Shown here piece by piece: positions 54,366 through 64,000 of a DNA stretch of 64,000 nt. The DNA is from an uncultured Acidimicrobiales bacterium (GTDB lineage: Bacteria; Actinomycetota; Acidimicrobiia; Acidimicrobiales; UBA8190). Position 1 is the stretch's first letter. The number at the start of each line of letters is the position of its first letter. Both the position numbers and the translations under genes were made by a program. A model generated the notes under the pieces. The model saw only the letters and a list, made by a program, of their open reading frames with translations, had not been told where the DNA came from and made no database searches. The stretch is from assembly GCA_963731665.1 (NCBI GenBank), contig CAVSWP010000008.1, positions 807,678-871,677 on the forward strand, in the 5' to 3' direction.

Positions 54366-55295
54366 TCAGCCTGCGGCGTCGCGTACGTCGAGTGTGGCCG
54401 GCATGGGGCGCAGTCCGGCCTCGTCCTCATGGGTCTGGCCCTGGACGAGTTGGCTGCGGCTGATGGCCACCACCCCCGCCACCAATGCCGCCAGGGCGGC
54501 GGCCTCGACGACGATGGCGAACGGCGCCAGCTGCAGGTGCTCTTGGAAGATGAACACGCCGAGCAGGCTGGCGACGAGCGGATCGACGATGGTGAAGCCC
54601 GGCTGCGAGGCTGCCAGGGGACCGGCCTGGAAGGCGTGCGTCGAGAGCAGCATCGACGCCGCTCCCACGACCAGAAGGGCGTACGGCGACCACGTCAGGA
54701 AGATGTTGAAGCCTTCTCCGGTGTGAGAGCTGAGCTCCTTGATCACCGCCGCCACGAACCCCCACGAGATTCCGGTGGCCACACCGAGCGTGGCCGCCTT
54801 GCGGGCCGGAGAAGGTTGCACGCCCCGTCGCATGGGAGTGAACGCCATGACGGTGGCGACGAGCGCCAGTCCGATGGCGGAGACCCCCGCGAACCACCAC
54901 GAGGCCGCCGGCGCGTGCAGGTGCCCACCCGACGGGTTGGCCGTGAAGAGAAAGACCCCGAGACCGGCGGCCATGGCGGCCGCCGCGAGCCAGTCATGGC
55001 GCGCGATGCCGCGATTCCCGATCAGTGCCATATAGGCGAACACAAAGAGCAACTCGCTGGCCAGGATGGGCTGGACCAGGGCAAGGTCTCCGAAGTGCAG
55101 GGCCGCGACCTGGAAGACAAACCCCAGGATCATGCTGGCGATGCCGGCCAGCCAGATGCGTTGCCGGATGAGGTACAGCAAAAGGCGCGGGCTGAAGCGT
55201 TCACCACCAGGGGCGGTGGCAGCTCCCAGGCGCTGGCACACCGACGACGTGGCCGTGCAGAAGCTCGCGGCCAACGCCAAGACCACCGCCTTCAC
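54366..55295 (-). CDS. DMT-superfamily (EamA-like) transporter
   Basis: 309-aa ORF with about 10 hydrophobic helices in two similar halves. Confidence 0.7.
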   Translation of the reverse strand: MKAVVLALAASFCTATSSVCQRLGAATAPGGERFSPRLLLYLIRQRIWLAGIASMILGFVFQVAALHFGDLALVQPILASELLFVFAYMALIGNRGIARHDWLAAAAMAAGLGVFLFTANPSGGHLHAPAASWWFAGVSAIGLALVATVMAFTPMRRGVQPSPARKAATLGVATGISWGFVAAVIKELSSHTGEGFNIFLTWSPYALLVVGAASMLLSTHAFQAGPLAASQPGFTIVDPLVASLLGVFIFQEHLQLAPFAIVVEAAALAALVAGVVAISRSQLVQGQTHEDEAGLRPMPATLDVRDAAG

Positions 55296-55385
55296 CGTGA
55301 GCCGACTCTCTGGTCCATTGACCTTCCCGTGCGCTACCCCCCGACTTGCATGCTATTTGGTGGCCGGGTAGCCGTGGTCCCAGGC

Positions 55386-55649
55386 TCAGCAGGAGTCGAA
55401 GGTGGCGCCGGTAGAACCTCGTAGCGCGAAGCGGGGCCGGACGCCACTGGGCGGCCCGTCGGGGCCCACCAGGCGCCAACCGGTCCGAATGAGAAGCTCC
55501 CCGAGCACGCGCGCGGCCCGCTTGTTGACGGCGTGTGGCCCGCCAGCCCCCCACCCCGGCGTCTCGGGGGTCACCCGCACCCCCGAGGCGGTGCGGGCCA
55601 ATTCGCGGCGGTGTTCGTCGGCCAATCGCTCGGCCATCCAGGGGTGCAT
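55386..55649 (-). CDS. hypothetical protein
   Basis: 87-aa ORF. No motif recognised. Confidence 0.3.
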   Translation of the reverse strand: MHPWMAERLADEHRRELARTASGVRVTPETPGWGAGGPHAVNKRAARVLGELLIRTGWRLVGPDGPPSGVRPRFALRGSTGATFDSC

Positions 55650-55752
55650 CGTGTCTCCTACCGAAGGAACCTCGGGAGATCGGGGTGTCCGATTGCCTCG
55701 ATCTCCATTGCCCTTGCATGCTACCTGGATATATGTATATAGTCAACTCGCT

Positions 55753-56793
55753 ATGCCAACACTCGACGACGGCGTCTCCGCCGCACCCCGGCCCACGGTC
55801 ACGGTGCGCGCCTCGGCCCCCGTCGAGCTGTGCTGGGCACTGCACGCCGGGGTGAAACAGGAATTCCGTGAGGGCCATCCCGTGCTGCGCGCCCTGTACG
55901 ACGAGCATCCCGAGCTCCTCGAGCACGCCGCGACGTTTTGGAACGACGACGCCTCGCCGGGCCTGGGCTTTCTCGAGCTGCTCGTCTTGGCCCATGCCGC
56001 CGGTGAGCTCTTCGCTCTCGATCTGGGCGGGCTGTTCTCGAAACTCGACTCCGTGGCCGCCAAGACCCAGCCGCACCTGTCGTTGGCCTCGGAGAGCGCG
56101 GCCGACCGGCTGATCGTCATCGACAGGCTCGCCCGGCTGCGACGCTCGGCGCGGCTGCGCCAGAGCTACAGCGCGTTGCTCGAAGCGGTGTGGGGCGAGA
56201 TCGGCCCGGGATGGAGGCGAGAGGGCCGGCGCGCCGTCGAAGCCGTGTGCGCCGACAAGCGCGAGCAGCTCGCCCGAGGAGCCCAGTGGCCCGAGATCAC
56301 CCGCATCGAATGCGACGTCGACGAGATGATGGCCCGTCTCGTCGCCGGCGTGACCCCCGACGGGGAGCTGGCCGTCGTCCCCGCCTACTTCACCCACAAG
56401 AGCATGCTCTTCGACCTGCCCGGCCTCGTCGTCATCGGCGTGCGCGCCGACGTCTCGGACTCCGGGAACCGGGCCCGCACCCAAGCGCTCGCCCGCCGGC
56501 TGAAGACCTTGGCCGACCCCACCCGCCTCGGCATCGTGGACCATCTGGTGAGGGGCCCGAGCACGGTGTCGGAACTAGCTCGACATTTCGGGATCGCCCA
56601 ACCCACGGCGTCGAACCACGTGAAGCTCCTGCGCGACGCCGGGCTGGTCACCGATGTCCGGGTGGGGGCCCAGCGCCAGCTCGTCCTGGACCCGGCCACG
56701 GTCGAAGACCTGCTCGACCATCTCCGGGTCATGCTCGAGCCCACGCTCGAGGGTGGCACCCCTCCCCCGCAAAGGGTCTTGCGCAGGAAATAA
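55753..56793 (+). CDS. ArsR-family transcriptional regulator with a large N-terminal domain
   Basis: C-terminal winged HTH LKTLADPTRLGIVDHLVRGPSTVSELARHFGIAQPTASNHVKLLRDAGLV. The start was trimmed to MPTLDDG. Confidence 0.75.
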   Translation: MPTLDDGVSAAPRPTVTVRASAPVELCWALHAGVKQEFREGHPVLRALYDEHPELLEHAATFWNDDASPGLGFLELLVLAHAAGELFALDLGGLFSKLDSVAAKTQPHLSLASESAADRLIVIDRLARLRRSARLRQSYSALLEAVWGEIGPGWRREGRRAVEAVCADKREQLARGAQWPEITRIECDVDEMMARLVAGVTPDGELAVVPAYFTHKSMLFDLPGLVVIGVRADVSDSGNRARTQALARRLKTLADPTRLGIVDHLVRGPSTVSELARHFGIAQPTASNHVKLLRDAGLVTDVRVGAQRQLVLDPATVEDLLDHLRVMLEPTLEGGTPPPQRVLRRK

Positions 56794-56857
56794 AGATAGG
56801 CAAAACTATCTTTAAGCAGGCAGGGCCTTTGGAACCGGCTCGAGGGAGGTTGCCAAC

Positions 56858-57592
56858 ATGGCCATCGCACTGGTGACGGGGGCGTCGCGGGGTCTCGGGC
56901 TGGCCCTGGCCGAGGAGCTGGCGGGGCGGGGATGGAGCCTGGTGGTCGACGGGCGAGACGTGACGTCGCTCGCCCGCGCCGAGCAGGCCATCGGCTCCCA
57001 CGTGGCACCGGGTGCTTCGCTCGTTGCCCTGGCTGGTGACGTCGCCGACGCCACCCACCGCCGGGCTCTAGTGGCCGCGGCCGAGGGCCTCGGCGGCCTC
57101 GACCTGCTGGTCAACAACGCCAGCACCCTGGGCGCCACCCCGCTGCCGAAGCTCGCCGCCTATCCCCTCGACGAGCTGGCCCGGGCCCTCGAGGTCAACG
57201 TCGTGGCGCCGCTCGCCCTGGTGCAGCAGGCCATGGCGCTGCTGCGGCGGTCGGTACGCCCCACCGTGCTGAACATCACCTCCGACGCCTCGGCCGAGGC
57301 GTACGAAGGCTGGGGAGGCTACGGGTTGTCCAAGGCCGCTCTCGACCACCTGAGCGCCGTCCTGGCCGTCGAGGAGCCTGAGCTCGCGGTGTGGGCCGTC
57401 GATCCCGGTGACATGCGGACCCAGATGCACCAGGACGCCTTCCCGGGTGAGGACATCTCGGACCGTCCCCTGCCAGCCGACGTGGTGCCGAACCTCGTGG
57501 GGCTCCTCGAGCGCGACCTCCCGAGCGGACGGTACCGCCTGTCCCAGCTCGAGCCGGCGACCGAGCCCGAGCTCGAGGTGGAGCACTCATGA
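56858..57592 (+). CDS. SDR-family oxidoreductase
   Basis: VTGASRGLGLA glycine-rich loop and YGLSKAAL catalytic motif. Confidence 0.85.
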   Translation: MAIALVTGASRGLGLALAEELAGRGWSLVVDGRDVTSLARAEQAIGSHVAPGASLVALAGDVADATHRRALVAAAEGLGGLDLLVNNASTLGATPLPKLAAYPLDELARALEVNVVAPLALVQQAMALLRRSVRPTVLNITSDASAEAYEGWGGYGLSKAALDHLSAVLAVEEPELAVWAVDPGDMRTQMHQDAFPGEDISDRPLPADVVPNLVGLLERDLPSGRYRLSQLEPATEPELEVEHS

Positions 57593-58656
57593 CCACGCTC
57601 GTCCCCACCGGAAGTCGCGTCATCGCCGGGCTTCCCGCCTTCGAGCTCCCGCCCGAGCTCGAGGCGAGCTCCCCGCCCGAAGCCCGGGGGATGACACGAG
57701 ACGCCGTCAGGATGCTCGTCGCCCACCGCCGTGACGGCACCCTCGTGCACTCACACTTCTCGCAACTGCCGCGCTTTCTCGACGAGGGAGATCTCATCGT
57801 CATCAACACGTCGGGAACGCTGGCCGCCGCCGTCGAGGGCCGGGACGGGGCCGGGCGCCAACTCGAGGTGCATTTCTCCACCCAGCTGCCCGCCGACCTG
57901 TGGAGCGTGGAGCTGCGCGCCGGCACCGAGGGGTGGTTGGGTGCCGAGGCCGGGGAGGTGGTCGCGCTGGCGGGGGGCGGGGCCGTCACGCTGCTGGCGC
58001 CCTACGCCACGCACCCCAGCGGTGTGCGCCTGTGGATCGCCGCCGTCTCCACCCCGGATCCCTTGCACACCTACCTGGCCGTGCACGGCCATCCCATCCG
58101 CTACGGGTACGTGCGGGGCAGCTGGCCGATCTCGACGTACCAGAACGTGTACGCCACTGAGCCCGGCTCGGCGGAGATGCCCAGCGCGGGGCGGCCCTTC
58201 ACCCCCGAGGTCCTCACCCGACTCGTGGCCCGGGGGGTGGGGGTGGCCCCCGTGGTCCTGCACACCGGCGTGGCATCGCTCGAGGCGTCCGAGCCGCCGT
58301 ACCCCGAGTACTACCGGGTGTCTCGTGCCACCGCCCACAGGATCAACGACACCCGGCGCGAAGGCGGCCGAGTCATCGCCATCGGCACCACCGTGGTGCG
58401 GGCCTTGGAGACCGTGGTGGACACCAGGAGCGAGGTGCACGCCGGACACGGGTGGACCGACACGGTGGTGACAGCATTACACCCCGTCACGTCGGTCGAC
58501 GGGCTGCTCACCGGCTGGCACGAGCCCGAGGCCTCGCACCTCGCCATGCTGGAGGCGATCGCCGGGAGGGAGCTGCTCGAGCACTCGTATGCCGCCGCGC
58601 TCTCCGAGGGGTATCTGTGGCACGAATTCGGCGACGTGCACCTGGTCCTGCCGTGA
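57589..58656 (+). CDS. queA: S-adenosylmethionine:tRNA ribosyltransferase-isomerase (QueA) family protein
   Basis: DLIVINTS, YQNVYA..PGSAEMPSAGRPFT, VIAIGTTVVRALE and TGWHEPEASHL parallel E. coli QueA (LLVFNNTRV, YQTVY..PGAVAAPTAGLHF, VIAVGTTSVRSLE, TNFHLPESTL). ATGA overlap with the SDR gene. Confidence 0.75.
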   Translation: MTTLVPTGSRVIAGLPAFELPPELEASSPPEARGMTRDAVRMLVAHRRDGTLVHSHFSQLPRFLDEGDLIVINTSGTLAAAVEGRDGAGRQLEVHFSTQLPADLWSVELRAGTEGWLGAEAGEVVALAGGGAVTLLAPYATHPSGVRLWIAAVSTPDPLHTYLAVHGHPIRYGYVRGSWPISTYQNVYATEPGSAEMPSAGRPFTPEVLTRLVARGVGVAPVVLHTGVASLEASEPPYPEYYRVSRATAHRINDTRREGGRVIAIGTTVVRALETVVDTRSEVHAGHGWTDTVVTALHPVTSVDGLLTGWHEPEASHLAMLEAIAGRELLEHSYAAALSEGYLWHEFGDVHLVLP

Positions 58657-59309
58657 ACGACCGCGTGGCCCGCTTCGAACCGCCGTTGGCGGCCATGCCG
58701 ACGACGAGGCGCGCCCTTCTGCTGGCGCTGAAACGCAATGGGTCGATGCGCGCCAACGAGCTGGCCGAGCAGCTGGGGATCACCGTTGCCGCCGTCCGCC
58801 AGCAACTCCTGCGGCTGAGCCAGGACGGGCTCGTCACCCATCATCCCCACCCCGAGGGCCGAGGCCGGCCGACACACTCCTATGAGCTCACCCCCACGGC
58901 TGAGATGTTGTTCCCCAAGCGCTATGGAGACCTCACCACCGAGTTGCTGGGCTACCTGGGGGGCCCCGACAGCAACGAGGTGACCGAGCTCTTCGAGCAC
59001 CGGCGCCAACGGCGCCTCGCCGACGCCCGGTCCCGCCTCGCCCAGATGACCCTGGACGAGCAGGTGGGCGAGCTCACCCGCATTCTCGATGAGGACGGAT
59101 ATCTGGCCGACGTCGAACGCCTCGACGACGGCGGGTGGCGGATCACCGAGCACAACTGCGCCATCCTGTCGGTGGCCACCGGATTTCGCCAAGCATGCTC
59201 CAGCGAGATCGCCTTCATCCGAGACGCTCTCCCCGGTGCCCGGGTGGAGCGCGTCGCCCATCTCATGGACGGTGCACACGTGTGCGCCTACGAGGTCCAC
59301 CCTCGCTGA
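58653..59309 (+). CDS. winged-helix (ArsR/SufR-like) transcriptional regulator with a C-terminal Cys motif
   Basis: RRALLLALKRNGSMRANELAEQLGITVAAVRQQLLRLSQDGLV, then C-x12-C ... C (HNCAILSVATGFRQAC...HVCAYEV). The GTG start overlaps the queA stop. Confidence 0.55.
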   Translation: MNDRVARFEPPLAAMPTTRRALLLALKRNGSMRANELAEQLGITVAAVRQQLLRLSQDGLVTHHPHPEGRGRPTHSYELTPTAEMLFPKRYGDLTTELLGYLGGPDSNEVTELFEHRRQRRLADARSRLAQMTLDEQVGELTRILDEDGYLADVERLDDGGWRITEHNCAILSVATGFRQACSSEIAFIRDALPGARVERVAHLMDGAHVCAYEVHPR

Positions 59310-59390
59310 CGTCGGACGACACCGGCGACTCGTAGCGCGGTCCCGGGCCGCCACCGTAAGCTCGATCGCGACGACCGCCAGGGGGCCCGC

Positions 59391-60710
59391 ATGGAGACGA
59401 CGACCGATCGAGTCCCGCAGAGCCGGTTGTTGCAGACCGAGATCCCCGGCCCCCGCTCCCGAGAGCTCATGGATCGCCGCCGGGCCGCCGTACCGGCGGG
59501 AGTGGGCACGACCTTGGGCGTGTTCGTGGCCCGGGCCGAAGGGGCGATCGTCGAAGACGTGGACGGCAACCGCCTGATCGACTTCGCCTCGGGGATATCG
59601 GTGGTCAACGTCGGCCACAGCGCGCCGCGCGTCGTGGCGGCCGTGACCGACCAGGTCGGGCGATTCACCCACACCTGTTTCCAGGTGACCCCGTACGTCG
59701 GCTATGTGGAAGTGTGCGAGCAGCTCAACCGCCTCACACCCGGCGACCACGAGAAGCGCACCTTCCTCGTGAACTCCGGCGCCGAAGCCGTCGAGAACGC
59801 CGTCAAGGTGGCCCGCTACGCCACCGCACGCAGCGGGGTGGTCGCCTTCGACCACGGGTTCCACGGCCGCACCCTTCTGGGCCTGAGCCTGACGGGCAAG
59901 GCCATGCCCTACAAGCAGGGGTTCGGGCCCTTCGCTCCCGAGGTCTACCGGGCACCGTACTCCGACCCCTTCCGGGGCAGCGGCAAACTGGCCGACACCC
60001 TCGACGCCATCGACACGATGGTGGGGGCGGACTCCATCGCCTGTGTCGTGGTCGAGCCCATCGCCGGTGAAGGCGGCTTCATCGTGCCCGAACCAGGCTG
60101 GCTCCCGGGCCTGGCCGAGTGGTGCGCCGCCAATGGCGTCGTGTTCGTGGCCGACGAGATCCAGTCCGGGTTCGGAAGAACGGGCGCCTGGTTCGCGTGC
60201 GAGCACGAGGGTGTCGTGCCCGACATCATCACCACCGCCAAGAGCCTCGGAGGCGGTCTGCCCATCGCCGGGGTCACGGCAAGAGCGGACCTCGTGGACA
60301 GCGTGCACCCCGGGGGGCTGGGAGGCACCTTCGGAGGCAACCCCGTGTCCTGTGTTGCGGCCCTGGCGGCCATCGAGACCATGCAGGCGGAGGGGCTCGT
60401 CGAGCGCGCCCAGAAGATCGGGGCCGTCATGCTGAGCCGCCTCCAGACCATGGCGGCGGCGCATGCCGTCGTGGGTGACGCCCGGGGTCGGGGCGCCATG
60501 GTGGCCATCGAGCTCGTCGGCCCCGACGGCATCACTCCCGACAAGGCGACCACGGCCCGCCTGGCCGCCGCCTGTCACGCCCAGGGGCTGCTGGTGCTGA
60601 CCGCCGGCACCCACGGCAACGTCGTGCGACTGCTCCCGTCGTTGGCGATCCCCGAGGACCTGCTGGACGAGGGACTGGGCATCCTCGAGGCGGCGCTGTC
60701 CGACGCCTGA
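59391..60710 (+). CDS. gabT: class III aminotransferase (4-aminobutyrate aminotransferase-like)
   Basis: 439-aa ORF with GFHGRTL, FVADEIQSGFGRTG and ITTAKSLGGGLP (PLP-Lys). Confidence 0.8.
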   Translation: METTTDRVPQSRLLQTEIPGPRSRELMDRRRAAVPAGVGTTLGVFVARAEGAIVEDVDGNRLIDFASGISVVNVGHSAPRVVAAVTDQVGRFTHTCFQVTPYVGYVEVCEQLNRLTPGDHEKRTFLVNSGAEAVENAVKVARYATARSGVVAFDHGFHGRTLLGLSLTGKAMPYKQGFGPFAPEVYRAPYSDPFRGSGKLADTLDAIDTMVGADSIACVVVEPIAGEGGFIVPEPGWLPGLAEWCAANGVVFVADEIQSGFGRTGAWFACEHEGVVPDIITTAKSLGGGLPIAGVTARADLVDSVHPGGLGGTFGGNPVSCVAALAAIETMQAEGLVERAQKIGAVMLSRLQTMAAAHAVVGDARGRGAMVAIELVGPDGITPDKATTARLAAACHAQGLLVLTAGTHGNVVRLLPSLAIPEDLLDEGLGILEAALSDA

Positions 60711-60726
60711 ACCCTGGCCCGCCCCG

Positions 60727-62166
60727 TCACGAGTCGAGTGACGACATGACGTGCTTGATGCGGGTGTAGTCCTCGAACCCGTAGGCGGAGAGGTCCTTGC
60801 CGTAGCCGGAGTGCCGGAAGCCCCCATGGGGCATCTCGGCCACCAGAGGGATGTGGGTGTTGATCCACACGCACCCGAAATCGAGCCGCTTGGACATGCG
60901 CATGGCCCGGCCGTGGTCGCGCGTCCACACCGATGACGCCAGACCGTATTCCACACCGTTGGCCCATGCCACGGCTTGGTCCTCGTCGTTGAACCGCTGC
61001 ACCGTGATCACCGGTCCGAACACCTCTTGCTGGACGATGGCGTCATCCTGGAGGACGTCGCTCACCACCGTGGGCTCGTAGAAGAACCCGCGGTCGCCGA
61101 TCTGATGGCCACCCGTGCGCAACTCGGCATGGGCAGGCAGGTCGTCGATGAAGGCGCGGACCCGGGCCAGCTGGTCGGTGTTGTTGAGGGGGCCGAAGTC
61201 CGCTCCTTCGACATCGGGCCCGGCCACGCTCTGGCCCTGTGCCTGTTCGACGAGGGCGGCAGCCAGGTCGTCGTGCACGTGCGGTCCAGCGAGCACCCGC
61301 GTCGCCGCGGTGCAGTCCTGGCCGGCGTTGAAATAGCCGGCGACCGCGATGGCCTCGGCCGCCTTCTCGACGTCGGCGTCGTCGAACACCACCACGGGCG
61401 CCTTCCCGCCCAGCTCCAGATGGACGCGCTTGATGTCCTGGGCAGCGGCGATGGCCACCTCGCGGCCGGCTCGTACGCTCCCGGTGATCGACACCATCTG
61501 GGGCACACGGTGCGCCACCAGAGCGCGTCCGGTATCACGATCCCCGCACACGACGTTGAAGACGCCGGGAGGGACGAGCTCGGCGACGATCTCGGCCAGC
61601 AGCAGGGTCGACACCGGCGTGGTGGGGGCGGGTTTGAGCACGACCGTGTTGCCGGCCGCAATGGCGGGGGCGAACTTCCACACGGCCATCATCATGGGGT
61701 AGTTCCACGGCGTGACCTGGGCGCACACCCCGATGGGCTCACGCCGGACGTAGGACGTGAACCCCGACATGTACTCACCGGCCGAACGACCCTCGAGTAG
61801 TCGGCACGCGCCGGCGAAGAAACGGATCTGGTCGACCATGGGCGGGATCTCCTCCGACATGGTGAGTGCCTTGGGCTTGCCCGTGTTCTCACACTCGGCG
61901 TCCACGAGGTCCTGGGCGCGCCCCTCGACGGCGTCGGCGATCCGTAACAGCGCCAGGCTGCGCTCCGAGGGCGTCGTCTCGCGCCATCCCTCGAAGGCGT
62001 CGAGCGCTGCGGTGAAGGCGCGATCGACATCGGCGGGGCCCGAGACAGGCATAGTGGCGAAGACTTCCCCCGTCGAGGGGTTCACGAGGTCCTGGGACGC
62101 CCCACCCTCGGGGTCGGCGTAGGCTCCGCCGACGAAGTTCCTCAACTCGCGTCGGTCATCGGTCAT
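60727..62166 (-). CDS. NAD(P)-dependent aldehyde dehydrogenase
   Basis: 479-aa ORF from [14 protein letters not shown], with [16 protein letters not shown] and [12 protein letters not shown] (catalytic Cys). The upstream 370 aa of the track ORF are antisense to the next gene and were rejected. Confidence 0.9.
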   Translation of the reverse strand: MTDDRRELRNFVGGAYADPEGGASQDLVNPSTGEVFATMPVSGPADVDRAFTAALDAFEGWRETTPSERSLALLRIADAVEGRAQDLVDAECENTGKPKALTMSEEIPPMVDQIRFFAGACRLLEGRSAGEYMSGFTSYVRREPIGVCAQVTPWNYPMMMAVWKFAPAIAAGNTVVLKPAPTTPVSTLLLAEIVAELVPPGVFNVVCGDRDTGRALVAHRVPQMVSITGSVRAGREVAIAAAQDIKRVHLELGGKAPVVVFDDADVEKAAEAIAVAGYFNAGQDCTAATRVLAGPHVHDDLAAALVEQAQGQSVAGPDVEGADFGPLNNTDQLARVRAFIDDLPAHAELRTGGHQIGDRGFFYEPTVVSDVLQDDAIVQQEVFGPVITVQRFNDEDQAVAWANGVEYGLASSVWTRDHGRAMRMSKRLDFGCVWINTHIPLVAEMPHGGFRHSGYGKDLSAYGFEDYTRIKHVMSSLDS

Positions 62167-62292
62167 CGATGCTCCTTTTCCCGGGTGGTCGGTACGGCCG
62201 TGGTCGTCGACCCACAATCGCACTCGAGGCCGTCGCCGACAAGGGACAGCGGCGTCGCCGGCTCTCACGCCGATGGCCTTGGGCCGAGGTCC

Positions 62293-63532
62293 TTGCCGGT
62301 ACTGTCGGGGAAATCGCGCGTCCTGCTGGTCGGAGCCGGAGGGGTGGGGACGGCCTTTGCCAGGATCGCCGCCCGCCGGGGTGTCTTCGAGCACATCGTG
62401 GTCGCCGATCATTCGCTCGGTCGTGCCGAGCGCGCCGCGCAGGCCGCCAGTGACCGGTTCGAGGCCGCCGCCCTCGACGCCTCGGACGAGCATGCCGTCG
62501 AGCAGCTGCTGCGCGCCGAGGGCTGCGACGTGCTCGTCAACGCCGTCGACCCCCGATTCGTCATGCCCCTGTTCAACGGGGCCCTGCATGCCGGGGTCAA
62601 TTACCTCGACATGGCCATGTCGCTGTCGCGCCCCAATCCCGAGCACCCCTACTCGGAGACGGGGGTCAAGCTCGGTGACGAGCAATTCGCCCTTTCGGCC
62701 ACCTGGGAGAGGCGCGGCCAGCTCGCTCTCGTGGGCATGGGGGTCGAGCCCGGCCTGTCGGATGTCTTCGCCCGTCACGCTGCGGACAGCCTGTTCTCCC
62801 ACATCGACGAGATCGGTGTCCGCGATGGTGCCAACCTCGTGGTCGAGGGCTACGAGTTCGCGCCCACGTTCTCGATCTGGACCACCATCGAGGAGTGTCT
62901 GAACCCGCCCGTCATCTGGGAGCGGGAACGGGGCTGGTTCACCACCGACCCCTTCAGCGAGCTCGAGGTCTTCGAGTTCCCGGCGGACATCGGTGCTGTT
63001 GAGTGCGTCAACGTCGAGCACGAGGAGGTCGTTCTCGTCCCGCGGTGGGTCGACGCCAATCGTGTCACCTTCAAGTACGGCCTGGGCCAGGAATTCATCT
63101 GGGTGTTGAAGACGCTGCACAAACTTGGCCTCGACTCCACCGCCACCGGTGAAAGTGGGCCAGATCGAGGTGTCGCCGCGCGACGTGGTGGGGGCGTGCC
63201 TGCCCGACCCGGCCGAGCTCGGGGAGCGGATGCACGGCGTCACCTGTGCCGGCACCTGGGTGACCGGCACCGGCAAGGACGGCCGCCCTCGGGAGGTCTA
63301 CCTCCACCATGTGGTCGACAACGCCTGGTCCATGGCCGAGTACCGGTCGCAGGCCGTGGTGTGGCAGACCGCCGTCAACCCGGTCGTGGCCCTCGAGCTC
63401 GTCGCCTCGGGGACATGGGCGGGCACCGGAGTGCTCGGACCCGAGGCCTTCCCTGCCGCTGCGTTCCTCGAGCTCCTCGACGACTACGGCTCGCCGTGGA
63501 GTCTCGACGAGCGCACGCCCAGCCGACCCTGA
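62293..63532 (+). pseudogene. saccharopine dehydrogenase-family gene with an apparent +1 frame disruption near 63140-63150
   Basis: Frame 1 reads [16 protein letters not shown]...[25 protein letters not shown] and then becomes Arg/Gly-rich nonsense. Frame 2 continues with [15 protein letters not shown]...[21 protein letters not shown]... and stops at 63532. Confidence 0.7.
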
Positions 63533-63557
63533 GACTCTCGGGAGAGCATGGGGCGCC

Positions 63558-63842
63558 TCACGGCAGGGCCCGCTCGTCGGGCCAAGGAGGAGGCCACGGC
63601 GAGGACTGGTCATCGAGACCGAGCTCACGTAGCGAGCGTTCGAGGACGAGCTCGGACAGCTCGGCGGCACTGGCGTCGAGGATCCTGGTATTGAGTGCCA
63701 CCCGGCGGGCGTGGGCCTCGGCCGCGGCGAACTGCTCTTCGAGGCGGCTGCGGCCGCGCGCCCGGTGCAAGAGCCCTGCGGCCGCGGCGCAGCCAACGAG
63801 CAGTACTTCTGCGGCCAGCGCGAACGCCAGGGCCGTGGTCAC
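63558..63842 (-). CDS. hypothetical protein (N-terminal TM helix + coiled coil)
   Basis: 94-aa ORF with weak support. Confidence 0.3.
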   Translation of the reverse strand: MTTALAFALAAEVLLVGCAAAAGLLHRARGRSRLEEQFAAAEAHARRVALNTRILDASAAELSELVLERSLRELGLDDQSSPWPPPWPDERALP

Positions 63843-63899
63843 CCCCCCACCCCCATCAATGCCCAGAATACTGGGGATCGAACGGCTCGGCCTCGGCCG

Positions 63900-64000
63900 T
63901 CACTCCTCGGGGGCCGGGACCACCAGGACGGGCACGGTGGAGCGATGCAGGAGCTTGTGGGGCACCGAGCCCAAGATGGCCCCCACGATGGGGCGCTCGC
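63900..64000 (-). CDS. universal stress protein, C-terminal end (partial; continues beyond the window)
   Basis: The reverse strand reads ...ERPIVGAILGSVPHKLLHRSTVPVLVVPAPEE-stop, the typical UspA C-terminus. Confidence 0.5.
   Translation of the reverse strand, partial: ERPIVGAILGSVPHKLLHRSTVPVLVVPAPEE

Noticed and set aside
55201-56544. 447-aa minus-strand ORF.
   Set aside because: It is antisense to the ArsR-family regulator gene and overlaps the DMT transporter. It has off-frame high-GC composition.
58311-60956. 881-aa minus-strand ORF, the longest in this region.
   Set aside because: It runs antisense to queA, the HTH regulator and gabT, all of which have clear family motifs. Its composition is Gly/Arg/Ala/Pro-rich nonsense.
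62167-63276. N-terminal 370 aa of the 849-aa minus-strand ORF that contains the aldehyde dehydrogenase.
   Set aside because: The ALDH family sequence begins at [14 protein letters not shown] (62166). The upstream part is antisense to the saccharopine dehydrogenase-family gene and has no protein-like character.

Overview
This is a high-GC chromosomal segment of Actinomycetota type. Supporting signs are mycothiol-type MDMPI/DinB enzymes, an LAxTG sortase signal, and many P450, SDR and hydrolase genes. All calls come from reading motifs in the supplied ORF track and the DNA; no searches were run.

Layout:
- Left end (1-3931): acyl-CoA ligase tail, a P450, xseB/xseA, and the RNase P RNA gene (rnpB).
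- 3904-16331: a 12.4-kb integrative element inserted in the 3' end of rnpB and bounded by a perfect 28-bp direct repeat. It carries a tyrosine integrase, two excisionase-type HTH genes, a CHC2/Toprim primase, a RecA-like ATPase, an iteron-like repeat cluster, a SWIM protein, HNH-TerS-TerL, about 8 small unknown ORFs, and a cargo end with an FtsH-like M41 peptidase domain, a proteasome-beta-like Ntn protein and a 2-TM protein. No ORF is large enough to be a portal or major capsid protein, so it looks like a phage-satellite-like element. This is my top candidate for something new.
- 17013-20330: a 1105-aa class III cyclase-STAND-TPR protein lies just outside attR.
- 22867-28764: an IS30-family element, plus two about 110-bp IS-end-related inverted repeats in an inside-out arrangement around a 3.4-kb segment. 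That segment contains a Clp_N + ClpX-zinc-finger protein with no AAA+ module.
- 30640-46175: a run of exported proteins, comprising an IPT/TIG protein, a PHM/DBH-like copper monooxygenase, a lysyl-oxidase-like protein, a GH5 enzyme and a 1178-aa LAxTG-anchored propeller-repeat protein with a (Gly-Thr)n hexanucleotide tract.
- 46183-64000: ordinary metabolic genes. Also present are an SDR-QueA pair flanked by HTH regulators and a frameshifted saccharopine-dehydrogenase-like gene.

Many long ORFs in the track are antisense or off-frame high-GC artefacts and were rejected.
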